Shown one piece after another: positions 37,573 to 48,268 of a DNA stretch of 64,000 nucleotides. The stretch is from the NCBI GenBank assembly GCA_022361395.1, contig JAKSAX010000149.1, forward strand, positions 8,596 through 72,595, written 5' to 3'. The stretch's first letter is position 1; the number at the start of each line of letters is the position of its first letter. Under the pieces are notes generated by a model, which made no database searches, was not told where the DNA came from, and worked only from the letters and a program-made list of their open reading frames with translations. Origin of the DNA: Desulfobacterales bacterium. GTDB lineage: Bacteria; Desulfobacterota; Desulfobacteria; Desulfobacterales; Desulfobacteraceae. The position numbers were made by a program, and so were the translations under genes.

Positions 37573-40500
37573 TTGATATCTTTATCCAGTGAAATGGTGT
37601 TAAGAATATCACTGGCCTCTTCCAGCTGATATGTTTCGATTGAATCCCTGAGCCTGTCCAAGACCGCAGCCGGCACACGGCCCGTAAGCCCCCGGATCAA
37701 TTCAGAGGCCAGCCTGTCATTGACTTCCCCCCTGCGGAACAGGGTCTCCAGCTGACGGATCCGGTCTCCCATCCGGTTCAGGTCAATGTCCTCAGGTGCT
37801 TTGGCAGGGCTCTCTTTCGGCGTCTGGATTTTCCTTATCTGGGACACGGCCTCTCCAATGGCCCGGTTCAGTTCGGGCAGCATCTGCATGGCCTCCTCCG
37901 GGCTCTCCTGAATAAGCGCCAGGTCAACCTGCACCGCCAGGTTTGCCACCCGGACAACGGACAGGTTGCCGGCCACCCCTTTTAATGCATGTGCCAGCTC
38001 ATAGGCTGCGGTTACACTCCCCTTGCCTATCAACTCTTCCATAGCCCGGGCCGCCCCTTCATACCTGTCCGCAAAATTTTTAAGGGCGTTTATATATGCC
38101 GTCTTATTCTGCCAGGTTGTCAGTCCTGTATCGATGTCCAGTCCGTCATGCTCATCCGGAAGCATCCACTCATCCCCGTCATCCAGTGCCACGTTCAAAT
38201 TGGTCACAGGCTTCCCCGCCCCTTCCGGAACGATTTTTTCCAGAAGCTCGAAGAGTTCGTCAAAGGGAATGGGTTTGGCAACCACGGCATTCATTCCCGC
38301 ACTGATACATGCCTTGCGGTCTTTTTCCATGACGCTGGCAGTCAGGGCGATAATGGGGATCCGGATATCCTGCCCGGACGCGGATTCGATCCGCCTGATC
38401 TTCCTGCTGGCTTCAAGCCCGTCCATTTCAGGCATATGGACATCCATCAGGATGACATCGTACGCCTCTTTCCGGAACATGGCCACGGCCTCCGCCCCGT
38501 TGCCGGCCACATCCACCTCGTGGCACTGCTGCCTCAGCCGGATGCCCGCCAATGTGACATTCTCCTCTATATCCTCGGCCATCAGGATGTTGAAACATCT
38601 CGGGGATTTCGGCAGTACCAGCTCACCGGGCCCTTCATGTTCCATACATTCGGGGTCACATTCCTCTCGGCACTCCGCCGGAACCAGGGGCAGGGTAAAA
38701 TAAAAGGTCGAGCCACGGCCTTCTATACTCTCCACCCAGATTTCCCCGCCCATCAGGTCCACCAGTTCCTTGCTGATGGTGGTGCCCAGCCCTGTCCCCC
38801 CAAACCGCCTGGCAGTGGATTCATCTGCCTGGGAAAAGGGGTGGAAGACCTTCTGTGCCTGCCCGGCGGTCATGCCGATACCGGTATCTTCCACGGAAAA
38901 AAGCATAAAGGCATCTTTATGCGCTTTGACGTATACTTTTACATGGCCTTTATTTGTAAATTTTATGGCGTTCCCGATAAGGTTGACCAGGATCTGGCGC
39001 AGCCTGTTCCGGTCGCTCTCTATACAGATATAGAGGCTTGGATGAATTTCAAGTGTGAGGTTCAATGCCTTTTCCTTGGCTGTGAACATCAGGGTCCGGA
39101 GTACGTTTTTTAAAAGAACGGGCAAAAGAAAGGGCTGGTTTTCAATATCCAGCTTTCCGGCCTCAAGTTTGCTCAGGTCCAGGATATCATTGATAAGAAA
39201 AAGAAGGGTCTTTGAAGAATTTCGGGCAGTGGTCAGGTACTTCCGGAGGGCCGGCTGCAACCCGCTGTTTTCAAGGGAGAGGTCGATAAATCCGATGACC
39301 GAATTCATGGGTGTCCTGATCTCATGGCTCATATTTGCCAGGAAGGCGGATTTGGCGCGATTGGCGGTTTCAGCCGCATCTTTTGCCTTGAGCAGGGCCT
39401 TCTGGTTCTCCTTGTCCCGGGTGATATCCCTGAGAATGCCGGTAAACCGTTTTTCCTTTTCGATTGTCATTTCAGTCACGGCCAGGTAAATGGGGAAAAC
39501 AGTCCCGTCCTTCCGGCGGCCTTCGGTTTCCCTCCCCGACCCCACGACACGGGAGACTCCGGTTTCAAGATAACGCCTGATATTGGCGGTATGGGCCTCC
39601 TTGTTCGGGGTTCCCATGAGCATATTGACATTTTTTCCGATCACTTCATCTGCAGTATAACCAAACATCTTCTCCGCAAAGGGATTAAAGGTAAGAATAA
39701 CTCCCCGGTCATTGATGGTAATGATGCCGTCGGCGGCCGTCTGTACAATGGCCTTGATGCTGGCGGTCTGCTCCTCAACCTTGTCCTCCAGGTGCTCCCG
39801 GTAACTCTGGAGCTCCATTTCCACCTGTTTTCGCTGGGTGATATCCTCAAAAGCCGCCACATAACGTATCACACGGCCGTCCTTATTTGTGACCGCATTA
39901 ATGGCCTGCAAAGAGATGAAGAGGTTCCCGTCTTTCTGCCTGTTGGTGATTTCACCATGCCAATACCCCCTGGCAACCAGTGTATCCCACAGTTTTTTAT
40001 AAAACCCGGTATCATGCTTCCCTGAACTGAGAATCCTGGGGGTCTTACCCAGCACCTCGTCCTGTGCATATCCGGTGATACGGGTGAACGCGGGATTCAC
40101 CCTGAGAATACGTTCCTCATCATCTGTGATTAACAGGGCGCTTGTGACACTGTGAAACACCTCGTCAGAAAGCTCCAGGTCATCCATCATCACCTTGCGC
40201 TCCTGATTCCTTACCCAGGCCTTCCGCCCGGCATACCCCATGCCCAGGCTGACAATCAGCCAGACAATGCCGTGGCTTAAATATACATTGACAAGTTTTT
40301 TCTTCATGATGAGAAGATAGGATGCCATGGGCACCGCAATATCCACGCCCCCCCTGAGATCGCCGACCTTAAATCCCAGATGGCCGTGGCATTTCATACA
40401 GGATTCCCGCATATACATGGGGCTCATAAGCCTCAGGTAGGGACTGCCGTCAATCTCTGTCATTTCCATGACCTCATCCTGGCCCTGCTCAAGGAGGTCC

Positions 40501-40931
40501 AGGGCCTTGAGTTCCCATTCATCCGGGGTATTTATGGGGTTCAGCAGGACCTTGCCCGTTATTTTCCCCTTGATCCCGTAGAGCCGGTCGTAATCCTCCA
40601 TCATCTGGCGCAGCATATATGCCGGGTTCATCAGCGTGAGCAATTCTCCGTCACGGGTGATGATGTCCCGGTTGGGAATATGGGATAAATAGGGGCTCGG
40701 GGGGGTACGTTCATCCGGGAATACGTACACCCCGCCGTGGGAGGAGGCCCAGAACCGGAAGGCCTGGTCCTTGTTGAAATTGGCCCTGGCCGCTTCAATG
40801 GCCAGTAATTTTACCTGAACCCTTTCCTGCCGGTCTGCCAGTACCAGGGAAACACCGACCATAACACTCCAGATCACAAACAGAATAAGGGTGAAACGGA
40901 CAATGGAATTTGGAGTTTTCACCATTTGCAT
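37569..40931 (-). CDS. Hybrid kinase with periplasmic c-heme (Tll0287/DUF3365-like) domain, two PAS (one FixL-like), HisKA, HATPase, REC, Hpt
   Basis: LMNPAYMLRQ and CMKCH; NVNMLMGTPNKEAH..IRRYLETG..VVGSGRE; FLANMSHEIRTP; AHALKGVAGNL. Confidence 0.93.
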   Translation of the reverse strand: MQMVKTPNSIVRFTLILFVIWSVMVGVSLVLADRQERVQVKLLAIEAARANFNKDQAFRFWASSHGGVYVFPDERTPPSPYLSHIPNRDIITRDGELLTLMNPAYMLRQMMEDYDRLYGIKGKITGKVLLNPINTPDEWELKALDLLEQGQDEVMEMTEIDGSPYLRLMSPMYMRESCMKCHGHLGFKVGDLRGGVDIAVPMASYLLIMKKKLVNVYLSHGIVWLIVSLGMGYAGRKAWVRNQERKVMMDDLELSDEVFHSVTSALLITDDEERILRVNPAFTRITGYAQDEVLGKTPRILSSGKHDTGFYKKLWDTLVARGYWHGEITNRQKDGNLFISLQAINAVTNKDGRVIRYVAAFEDITQRKQVEMELQSYREHLEDKVEEQTASIKAIVQTAADGIITINDRGVILTFNPFAEKMFGYTADEVIGKNVNMLMGTPNKEAHTANIRRYLETGVSRVVGSGRETEGRRKDGTVFPIYLAVTEMTIEKEKRFTGILRDITRDKENQKALLKAKDAAETANRAKSAFLANMSHEIRTPMNSVIGFIDLSLENSGLQPALRKYLTTARNSSKTLLFLINDILDLSKLEAGKLDIENQPFLLPVLLKNVLRTLMFTAKEKALNLTLEIHPSLYICIESDRNRLRQILVNLIGNAIKFTNKGHVKVYVKAHKDAFMLFSVEDTGIGMTAGQAQKVFHPFSQADESTARRFGGTGLGTTISKELVDLMGGEIWVESIEGRGSTFYFTLPLVPAECREECDPECMEHEGPGELVLPKSPRCFNILMAEDIEENVTLAGIRLRQQCHEVDVAGNGAEAVAMFRKEAYDVILMDVHMPEMDGLEASRKIRRIESASGQDIRIPIIALTASVMEKDRKACISAGMNAVVAKPIPFDELFELLEKIVPEGAGKPVTNLNVALDDGDEWMLPDEHDGLDIDTGLTTWQNKTAYINALKNFADRYEGAARAMEELIGKGSVTAAYELAHALKGVAGNLSVVRVANLAVQVDLALIQESPEEAMQMLPELNRAIGEAVSQIRKIQTPKESPAKAPEDIDLNRMGDRIRQLETLFRRGEVNDRLASELIRGLTGRVPAAVLDRLRDSIETYQLEEASDILNTISLDKDIK

Positions 40932-41191
40932 CCTTTTTACGTTTTTTATGCGACGTTTGGCTTATCAACCAGGCCTTGAATCGTCATTTCCGGAGACAGC
41001 AGCGGGAGAATCCGTTTTTTGACGATGAAGATTTTAGACACAGTATACGCCGGAAGAGGAATAAAATCCATTCCTGGTTTGATTTTTAAAAAAAACTTGC
41101 AACATAACAACTATTTACTTGACAATGGCAACCATATCCAATATTGAGTTACCATACATCTTAACCCAGGACCTATTCACTGCGGAGGCAT

Positions 41192-42109
41192 ATGAATTCC
41201 GAGTACATAGAAAAGATACGCAGCTTCAACCGGTTTTACACCCAGACCATCGGATTGATAAAAAAACGGTTCCTTGACAGCGAGTTCTCCCTGATCCAGG
41301 CCCGTGTCCTCTTTGAACTGAACCGGCACCCCGGCACCCATGCCAGGGATCTCGGAAGGAAACTGGATCTTGATCCTACCTACCTGAGCAAAATCCTGAA
41401 AAAATTCGGACAGGATAGACTGCTGACCAAAACCCCTGCTCCCGACGACTCAAGAAAACACCTGCTATCCCTGACCCGGGAGGGAAAAGAGACATATGCC
41501 CGGCTCAGGGAGATGTCCAACGTTCAGATCCAGACCCTTGTCAAGGATCTTTCCCCGGAGGAAAAAACCGGTCTTGCAGCTTCCATGGCATCCATAAAAA
41601 GAACCCTGACCAAAGGGTCAAAGGAGGCCGGTTATTATTCCATCCGCTCCCACAGGCCCGGGGATATCGGCTATGTCATTCACCGCCACGGGGTGCTTTA
41701 TGCCCGGGAATACGGATTCAACCACCAGTTTGACGCCTATGTGGCCAATGGCATGGGCAAATTCATCGAAAGCTTCAACCCGGAAAAGGAGCACCTCTGG
41801 ATCGCAGAGGCAGACGGCACCATTGTCGGTTCCGTTGCAATTGTCCATGCCCGCGAAAACACGGCCCAGCTCAGATGGCTTATCGTAGACCCCGCCGCCC
41901 GCCGCAGGGGGATTGCCAAAAAACTGCTGGAGGAGGCCTTGGTTTTTGTCAGGCAGAAAGAATATACAAAGGTCATGCTGTGGACCATAGATTTTCTCCA
42001 TGCCGCCCGCAACCTGTACGCCGATGCCGGGTTCACCCTGGCTGAAACCAAAGAGAGCCGTGTGTGGGGCAAGGTATTGAACGAAGAGAAGTGGGAACTT
42101 GAACTTTAG
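41192..42109 (+). CDS. MarR-GNAT fusion (transcriptional regulator/acetyltransferase)
   Basis: IRSFNRFYT...ARVLFEL (MarR), then QLRWLIVDPAARRRGIA...AARNLY (GNAT). Confidence 0.93.
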   Translation: MNSEYIEKIRSFNRFYTQTIGLIKKRFLDSEFSLIQARVLFELNRHPGTHARDLGRKLDLDPTYLSKILKKFGQDRLLTKTPAPDDSRKHLLSLTREGKETYARLREMSNVQIQTLVKDLSPEEKTGLAASMASIKRTLTKGSKEAGYYSIRSHRPGDIGYVIHRHGVLYAREYGFNHQFDAYVANGMGKFIESFNPEKEHLWIAEADGTIVGSVAIVHARENTAQLRWLIVDPAARRRGIAKKLLEEALVFVRQKEYTKVMLWTIDFLHAARNLYADAGFTLAETKESRVWGKVLNEEKWELEL

Positions 42110-43914
42110 GCGCCGGGGGTTCCTTTTTTCTTTTTCATTGCAATATACCAGTCTTCATTCCCGTAAAACCTGTCTGAACATTCAGGGCACATGCCGTGGC
42201 TGAATGATGCATCAGAATGTTTTTCAATAAAGGATTCCAGCTGGTTCCAATATCCCTTGTCATCCCGTATTTTCTTACATCCGGAACAGATGGGAACTAT
42301 CCCTCTCAGGGTCTTGATTTCGTCGATCACCTTTTGTAATTCGTCAATCAGCCTTTCCCTCTCTTTTTCGGAGGCTTTTCGCTCGGTGATATCACTCAAA
42401 GCCGTTACCCTTGTCTTCCTGCCTTTATAAAAGAACATCTTGGCATGGATTTCCACCGGAAATACCGACCTGTCTTTTCTCAGGGCATTTGCCTCATAGG
42501 TCTGCCCAAAACCTGCAGCCATTTTGTCTTTTACATTTTTACGATCATCAGGGGCAACAAGGTCAATGGCATCCATGCCTGAGAACTGCTCGGAAGAATA
42601 CCCGAACATTTTTTGCATATTGTTATTTACCTCAAGAATCCTTCTGTCTTCAGTGATGCAGATCCCTTCAAAGGCGGCTTTCGAAAGGCTGCGGAATTTT
42701 TCTTCGCTGGTACGCAAATCATCATTGACACGGGTAAGTTCAGAGGTCCGTTCGGCAACCTTCTCCTCCAAAAGATCATGGGATTCCCTGAGCTTCCCTT
42801 CAATCCTGAGCCGCTTTTTACGGTTGAGAACAAGGAAAAAGATCAAAAAGGTCTCAACCACACACAAGGCAAGCCCTGCGGTGATATACCATTTGTATTT
42901 TTCCCAGAAAGAGGGGTGCTTATACCTGACGATACTCCCTTCAGGCAGGTTTGAGGCGGGTATGCCGAACCGGTCCAGCTGGCGCTGGTCAAAGATATAG
43001 GTGTGCAGTTCCTCCGGCGAATAACGAATTTGGCCGGCAGGCTTTCCCCTGATGATCTCGTGGGCATGTCTTGCCATCAGCTTTCCTGCGGTTTCAGCGC
43101 TCAGGACCTTCCCTCCGACAATGCCCTCTCCCATAAACGTATCCCAGGCACTGTATATGGGCACGGAAGAGACCCGGCTCAATTCCGCCAGAACCTTCAG
43201 CGGCATATACCGCTTGCCAAGCCGATCAGTCATGAACGGCAGGTAGAACAGGACTGAACTCCCTGTCAGCTGCTTTGCCCTGTGAATCAGTTCCTTATAA
43301 GAGATCTCAACCCAGAACTCCGCTTTTGATGCAAAAAGCGCATCTCCGTCTTCTTCCATTGCGCTTTTGAAGCGGAGGGAGTTGGCGCTTTTTCCTGTCA
43401 CAACAACAATTTTTTCCGTTTTCGGATGCAGTTGTTCTATGAGGGTCAGGGTTTCGGAAAACCGGATCTTTCCGGATGTAAAATATCCAAGCGACTCAAT
43501 ATGCTTCAAGTTTTTAATATGGTCAATATCGGCAAATGCAAATATCTCCGAATTCCGGAAAGCCGCCCACAGGTAACTGTCTGCAAAATCAAGGGCGGCA
43601 AAATCATTGGTAATAATCAGGTGGATTTTTTTATTCCCGTATTTTGATTTAATAAATTCAAAATAGAGGTCACCCGGCATATCCGAACGGAATACATCCA
43701 GGTTCTCAATGAACAGGTTGATGTTATCCTCAGACCGGGAAAGACCTTTTTGAAACTCCGGGAAAAACCCCTTTTCAATGGTCTGCTGCCAGGGGAGCTG
43801 ACGGGGAAAAGAATTCAGGAGAAGAATATTTTTAGTCTCTGCTCCTGCCCTGTCTGACACCAGCAGCACACAGCAGAAAAGCAGACTGAAAAACCTGATT
43901 CCCCAAATCCCCAT
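42106..43914 (-). CDS. Periplasmic substrate-binding-like sensor, TM, PAS and C-terminal CxxC...HxxCxxC module; no kinase domain
   Basis: Signal peptide, GEGIVGG, FDQRQLDRFGI, PAS, LRGIVPICSGCKKIRDDKGYW...FSHGMCPEC. Confidence 0.85.
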   Translation of the reverse strand: MGIWGIRFFSLLFCCVLLVSDRAGAETKNILLLNSFPRQLPWQQTIEKGFFPEFQKGLSRSEDNINLFIENLDVFRSDMPGDLYFEFIKSKYGNKKIHLIITNDFAALDFADSYLWAAFRNSEIFAFADIDHIKNLKHIESLGYFTSGKIRFSETLTLIEQLHPKTEKIVVVTGKSANSLRFKSAMEEDGDALFASKAEFWVEISYKELIHRAKQLTGSSVLFYLPFMTDRLGKRYMPLKVLAELSRVSSVPIYSAWDTFMGEGIVGGKVLSAETAGKLMARHAHEIIRGKPAGQIRYSPEELHTYIFDQRQLDRFGIPASNLPEGSIVRYKHPSFWEKYKWYITAGLALCVVETFLIFFLVLNRKKRLRIEGKLRESHDLLEEKVAERTSELTRVNDDLRTSEEKFRSLSKAAFEGICITEDRRILEVNNNMQKMFGYSSEQFSGMDAIDLVAPDDRKNVKDKMAAGFGQTYEANALRKDRSVFPVEIHAKMFFYKGRKTRVTALSDITERKASEKERERLIDELQKVIDEIKTLRGIVPICSGCKKIRDDKGYWNQLESFIEKHSDASFSHGMCPECSDRFYGNEDWYIAMKKKKGTPGA

Positions 43915-43934
43915 ATAGTCATTTCTCTTATCTA

Positions 43935-44034
43935 AGGGATCGCCTAAGAATCAGTTCACATCCTGTCTGCAAAATACCCGGTGTTTTAAAGTTTTTTATA
44001 AACAGACCTGTAAAGTTATTTTTGCGCGATCCCT
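43935..44034. repeat. Full-length (~100 bp) copy of the AGGGATCGC...GCGATCCCT repeat (MITE-like)
   Basis: Terminal inverted repeats; internal sequence aligns with 62756-62857. Confidence 0.8.
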
Positions 44035-44266
44035 GAGGTTAACGGCTAAGGCACAATACCCGGTTTAAGTCCGGATCAGGTTCAGTTCAGATTCCGGACG
44101 ATTTTAATCTGATGCCGGGCCTGAGATCAGTACAGGTGAAAAACCAGTATAGAAGCCATAATAATCAGGATACAGCAAAAGGGCTGCCAATGCAAAACCG
44201 CCTGGTTTTTTCATGCCCGTGTCCACCTGACTGTTAAAGACCGGAACACCTGTTGTTCACACCAAC

Positions 44267-44296
44267 TTGACAGCACTCTTTTCCCTGTCCTAATAT
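44267..44296 (+). promoter_or_regulatory. Sigma70-like promoter
   Basis: TTGACA-18-TAATAT upstream of the GTG at 44346. Confidence 0.55.
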
Positions 44297-44345
44297 CGGC
44301 ATCTGACCTGTTTATGACAATACAACCGGGGGAGACGCGATAAAG

Positions 44346-46304
44346 GTGAACACACTTTTAAACCATCTGACTGATGAGGCTGTTAAAGAGTTAGACCGCT
44401 TTGGATCAAAAAAGGGCTCCCCCGGGAACCGGGCATTCCGGCTTCTTGAAGAGGTGATCCTGGACGATGAACAGCAGCAGACACTCGGGCTCCGGCCCTG
44501 GAATATCTTTTTTCTCCGGGCGGCAACCCTTTTAATGGAAACGGATCCGGACAATGAGAACTCCGGGATAACGGATCAAAAGCAAAAAGAGATAATAAGC
44601 CTGATCCGCACCCATGCCTGCACCGGTGATATTCATGCGGTAACGGGAATGCCCCCGGTTGAGTACAGAGGAGAGCCTGTAAACACAGGGTTGCTGGCCT
44701 CGGCTGCAGGCCTTGCCACCCGGCTGGTCCTGGACCATCCCCACACCCTCGGCATACTGGCCGCTGATCTGGCGGGCAGGGAGCAGATACCCCCTGACCG
44801 GTTTATGAAAGCCGTCACCGTTACATCCATTGATGCCCATCCCTTTTTGTCCGGCACCATCCGGGTACGGCTCACCTGCTCACACCCCGGGGTTCACCGG
44901 GTATTGAAACACCATGAAAGCCGGGTCCAGAAGCTGCTTCACCAGGCCAACGGACTGGTCAGTCCCAGGTACCTTTTTTCCGAAATTGTATTTGAAATCA
45001 AGGCCCTGGGCTATACCCCCCTGGATATGAAATTTTCCGTGGATGCCATGGCAGCCATGAAACTGCTCACCGGCAATCGGCTCTATTCGGACAAACGGGT
45101 GTTTTTAAGGGAGCTGGTCCAGAATGCCGTGGATGCCTGCAACCTGCGGCGGATGTTTGACACGGCCTATGAACCTGAGATTTCCATTGACTTCCCCCCC
45201 CGGTACCGGACCATTACGTTCAGGGACAACGGTATCGGCATGGACCGCCAGTGGATGGAAAAGTACTTTTTGAAAATCGGTATCTCCTTCTACCAGTCAG
45301 GGGATTCAAAAACCATCCATAAAAGCCGGGTGGACTGTAATTTTATCAGCAAGTTCGGCATCGGGTTTCTCTCAAGTTTCCTGGTGGCGGACCATGTGGT
45401 GATCAGAACCCGGAAAAACAACTCTCCGGGCCTGGTCATTGCCATCAACACCCTTGAGGATTACTTTGACGTAAGATTCGCCCATGAGGAATGCCCCCGG
45501 GGCACGGAAGTCTGCCTCCATCTTTCGCAGGACAATGTCAACTTTTCAAGGAGCATGGAGTATGTCTGCTATCTTAAGACCAATCTGAGATTTTTGACCG
45601 TTCCGGTTGTACTGAACGACCATGAGGGAAACACAGCCATACTGGGATCCGAAACCCTGAAATATGAGCAGAGCAAAAAACACGGGCGGGATTTCGTGGC
45701 TGCCCTGAAGTTTCAGGACTCATGCGGTTACCTTTTTTTAAAGGCAAAGCAAACTCCGGACACCCTGTATGCACTGGAGTATGCAAGGGGCGGGGTCTCC
45801 ATATTCCAGGACGGCATCTTTGTCACCCAGACAGATACCCTGTTACCGGAGGGGGCGAGGCAGAATATCATCGGCAGGATCAATCTCACCGGACAGGAGC
45901 GGTGCGAACTGAGCATGGACCGGAACCGGATATTCTGGACCGATGCCCGGCTCACGGAGATAAAACAGAAAATCAGAGAGGCCATTGTTGACCTGGCCAA
46001 CATGCTCATGGATGACTGCCGTTCCCAGACCCCGCCCCTGTCAGTTGAACCAAGCCTCATCAACCATCTGGCTGTTTTCTTTGACTTCAATGAGATCAAC
46101 GATGAGATGTACGGAGCACTGGCACCCCCCATCCGCAGGATCGTGGCCAAACGGTTCCGTGACTTTATCAGGATCAACTTTGCCCACACAGGGGAGAAAA
46201 AGCATGTACCTGATGCAGACGGATACGGGGAACAATGGCAGCAGGACATTCTGGCGGCATTTGCCAAAAGAGGCCGGCCGCCGATGCCGGAACAGGGGAA
46301 CTAG
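44346..46304 (+). CDS. Hsp90/GHKL-type ATPase with N-terminal helical extension (not canonical HtpG)
   Basis: LYSDKRVFLRELVQNAVDA, DNGIGM, ISKFGIGFLS and GT motif start about 240 aa into the protein. Confidence 0.85.
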   Translation: MNTLLNHLTDEAVKELDRFGSKKGSPGNRAFRLLEEVILDDEQQQTLGLRPWNIFFLRAATLLMETDPDNENSGITDQKQKEIISLIRTHACTGDIHAVTGMPPVEYRGEPVNTGLLASAAGLATRLVLDHPHTLGILAADLAGREQIPPDRFMKAVTVTSIDAHPFLSGTIRVRLTCSHPGVHRVLKHHESRVQKLLHQANGLVSPRYLFSEIVFEIKALGYTPLDMKFSVDAMAAMKLLTGNRLYSDKRVFLRELVQNAVDACNLRRMFDTAYEPEISIDFPPRYRTITFRDNGIGMDRQWMEKYFLKIGISFYQSGDSKTIHKSRVDCNFISKFGIGFLSSFLVADHVVIRTRKNNSPGLVIAINTLEDYFDVRFAHEECPRGTEVCLHLSQDNVNFSRSMEYVCYLKTNLRFLTVPVVLNDHEGNTAILGSETLKYEQSKKHGRDFVAALKFQDSCGYLFLKAKQTPDTLYALEYARGGVSIFQDGIFVTQTDTLLPEGARQNIIGRINLTGQERCELSMDRNRIFWTDARLTEIKQKIREAIVDLANMLMDDCRSQTPPLSVEPSLINHLAVFFDFNEINDEMYGALAPPIRRIVAKRFRDFIRINFAHTGEKKHVPDADGYGEQWQQDILAAFAKRGRPPMPEQGN

Positions 46305-48268
46305 TCCGGACTATTACCCTGGTCAAGGACCCTGCGCACGGCCAGAGCCATGGCGGTCAGGTCCACGGGTTTTTCAATCACCCCGTCAATGCCGGCGGCC
46401 CGGACTTTCTCACCCTCCCCCTCTTCACTGTATCCGGTACAAAGGATAACGGGCAGTTCCGGGACGATATTTTTCGCCTCCCTTGCCAGCATGAAACCGG
46501 TCATACCCGGCATGGTCTTATCGGTGATCACCAGGTCAAATTTATCTGGATTATCTTTCAGCAGTTTCAAAGCCTCCCTGGGATCACACATCCCCTTCAC
46601 CTTATACCCCAGTTTTGTCAGTGCTTTTCGGCCCACTCGAACAATGGAGTCCTCATCATCCACCAGAAGAAGGCGTTCACTTCCCTCCGGACTTTTATCG
46701 GAGGCCGGCAGGACCGGTGGTGTCTCGTCATCCTCGTGGAGCGGCAGGAGAACGGTAAAAGCGGTGCCCTGATCTTCCTTTGACGCCACATCTATGATTC
46801 CCCCATGGCTTTTTACAATGCCGTGGACAACGGAGAGCCCGAGCCCTGTCCCCTCCCCCTGTTCCTTTGTGGTGAAATAGGGGTCAAAAATCGTATCAAG
46901 ATACTTCTTTTTTATCCCGCATCCCGTATCCGTAATTTCAAGACAGACATAGTCTTTTTTTTCAACTCCCGAATAGCGGGCAAGGATGGGGGATGCCAGG
47001 GGAGCATCATAGAGGCGGACCGTAATTTTGCCCCCGGACTCCTTCATCGCGTGGGAGGCATTGGTACACAGGTTCATAAGGATCTGATGAATCTGGGTGG
47101 GATCGGCAAGAATCAAATCCCGCCCGGTCTTAATCCGGATAATTATTTTTATGGTGCTGGGCAGTGAGGCCTGGAGGAACTTAGCCACCTCTTTTATGAC
47201 CGGGACAATTCTGACCGGATATTTTTCCTGCTCGGTCTGCCGGCTGAAGGCAAGGATCTGGCTGACGAGTTCCTTTGCACGGTTGGCACTGTTGTAGACC
47301 TCGGTAAGGCCGGCATGGATCTCAGGCAGGTCTTTTGTCATTTCCATGGTCAGTTCCGTATTCCCCATGATGGCAAAAAGGATATTGTTAAAATCATGGG
47401 CTATGCCTCCGGCAAGGGTGCCTATGGCCTCCATCTTCTGGGCCTGCTGGAGCATCTTTTCAACCCGGGTCAGCTCTGTCACGTCCCGCCTTACAAATAC
47501 ATACCCGAGGAGCCCTCCGCTGTCATGGAATATGGGTGATACATTTGTATAAAATACCCGGGTTTCCTTATTTTCATTGGTGACGCTCTGCCGGCCTGAC
47601 CATGTTTTTCCCTTACCGGCCCTGCGGATGATCTCCTGGAGAGAGATACCGTCATAATCGGTTTTATCGAAATCCGGATAGGGCTTGCCCAGGATTTCCG
47701 TTTCAAGGATCCCGGTCATGGCTTCAAACGAGGGGTTTACATAGAGGACGATTGCGTTTGTGTCCACAATGATAAGCCCCTCATCAATATGCTCCACTGC
47801 CGAGGCCAGACGGGTGAGTTCCGAGGTTCTCTGCTCCACCACCTGTTCAAGGTTCTGTTTCATCTGTGTCAGGGCCATATGGGTCCTGACCCGGGCCAGG
47901 ACCTCTTCAGGCTGAAAGGGTTTGGTGATATAGTCTACCCCGCCCAGGTCAAACCCCCTGACCTTGTCCCTGGATTCCTCAAGGCCGCTGATAAAAATAA
48001 CCGGGATCTGTGCGGATTTCCTTTCAAACTTCAACCTGCGGCAGACCTCAAACCCGTCCATATCCGGCATCCGTATATCCAGCAGGATAAGGTCCGGAAG
48101 TTTTTTTTTGACGGCTTTTAACGCAGCCCTTCCGTTAAGGGCGGCCCGCACCTGGTATCCGCTGCGGGCCAGCAGCCCGAACAGGAGTTCAATATTATCC
48201 TGGGCATCATCCACGATGAGAACATTCAGCCCGCTGTTCCCTGCCTTTGGGGTAAAATTCATATTCAT
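46301..48268 (-). CDS. REC-PAS-histidine kinase-REC hybrid
   Basis: KMEAIGTLAGGIAHDFNN, FDPYFTTK, GTGLGL; two REC domains. Confidence 0.95.
   Translation of the reverse strand: MNMNFTPKAGNSGLNVLIVDDAQDNIELLFGLLARSGYQVRAALNGRAALKAVKKKLPDLILLDIRMPDMDGFEVCRRLKFERKSAQIPVIFISGLEESRDKVRGFDLGGVDYITKPFQPEEVLARVRTHMALTQMKQNLEQVVEQRTSELTRLASAVEHIDEGLIIVDTNAIVLYVNPSFEAMTGILETEILGKPYPDFDKTDYDGISLQEIIRRAGKGKTWSGRQSVTNENKETRVFYTNVSPIFHDSGGLLGYVFVRRDVTELTRVEKMLQQAQKMEAIGTLAGGIAHDFNNILFAIMGNTELTMEMTKDLPEIHAGLTEVYNSANRAKELVSQILAFSRQTEQEKYPVRIVPVIKEVAKFLQASLPSTIKIIIRIKTGRDLILADPTQIHQILMNLCTNASHAMKESGGKITVRLYDAPLASPILARYSGVEKKDYVCLEITDTGCGIKKKYLDTIFDPYFTTKEQGEGTGLGLSVVHGIVKSHGGIIDVASKEDQGTAFTVLLPLHEDDETPPVLPASDKSPEGSERLLLVDDEDSIVRVGRKALTKLGYKVKGMCDPREALKLLKDNPDKFDLVITDKTMPGMTGFMLAREAKNIVPELPVILCTGYSEEGEGEKVRAAGIDGVIEKPVDLTAMALAVRRVLDQGNSPD

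Noticed and set aside
44346-46304. Calling the gene htpG
   Set aside because: The ATPase domain is internal and the HtpG C-terminal domains are not evident.
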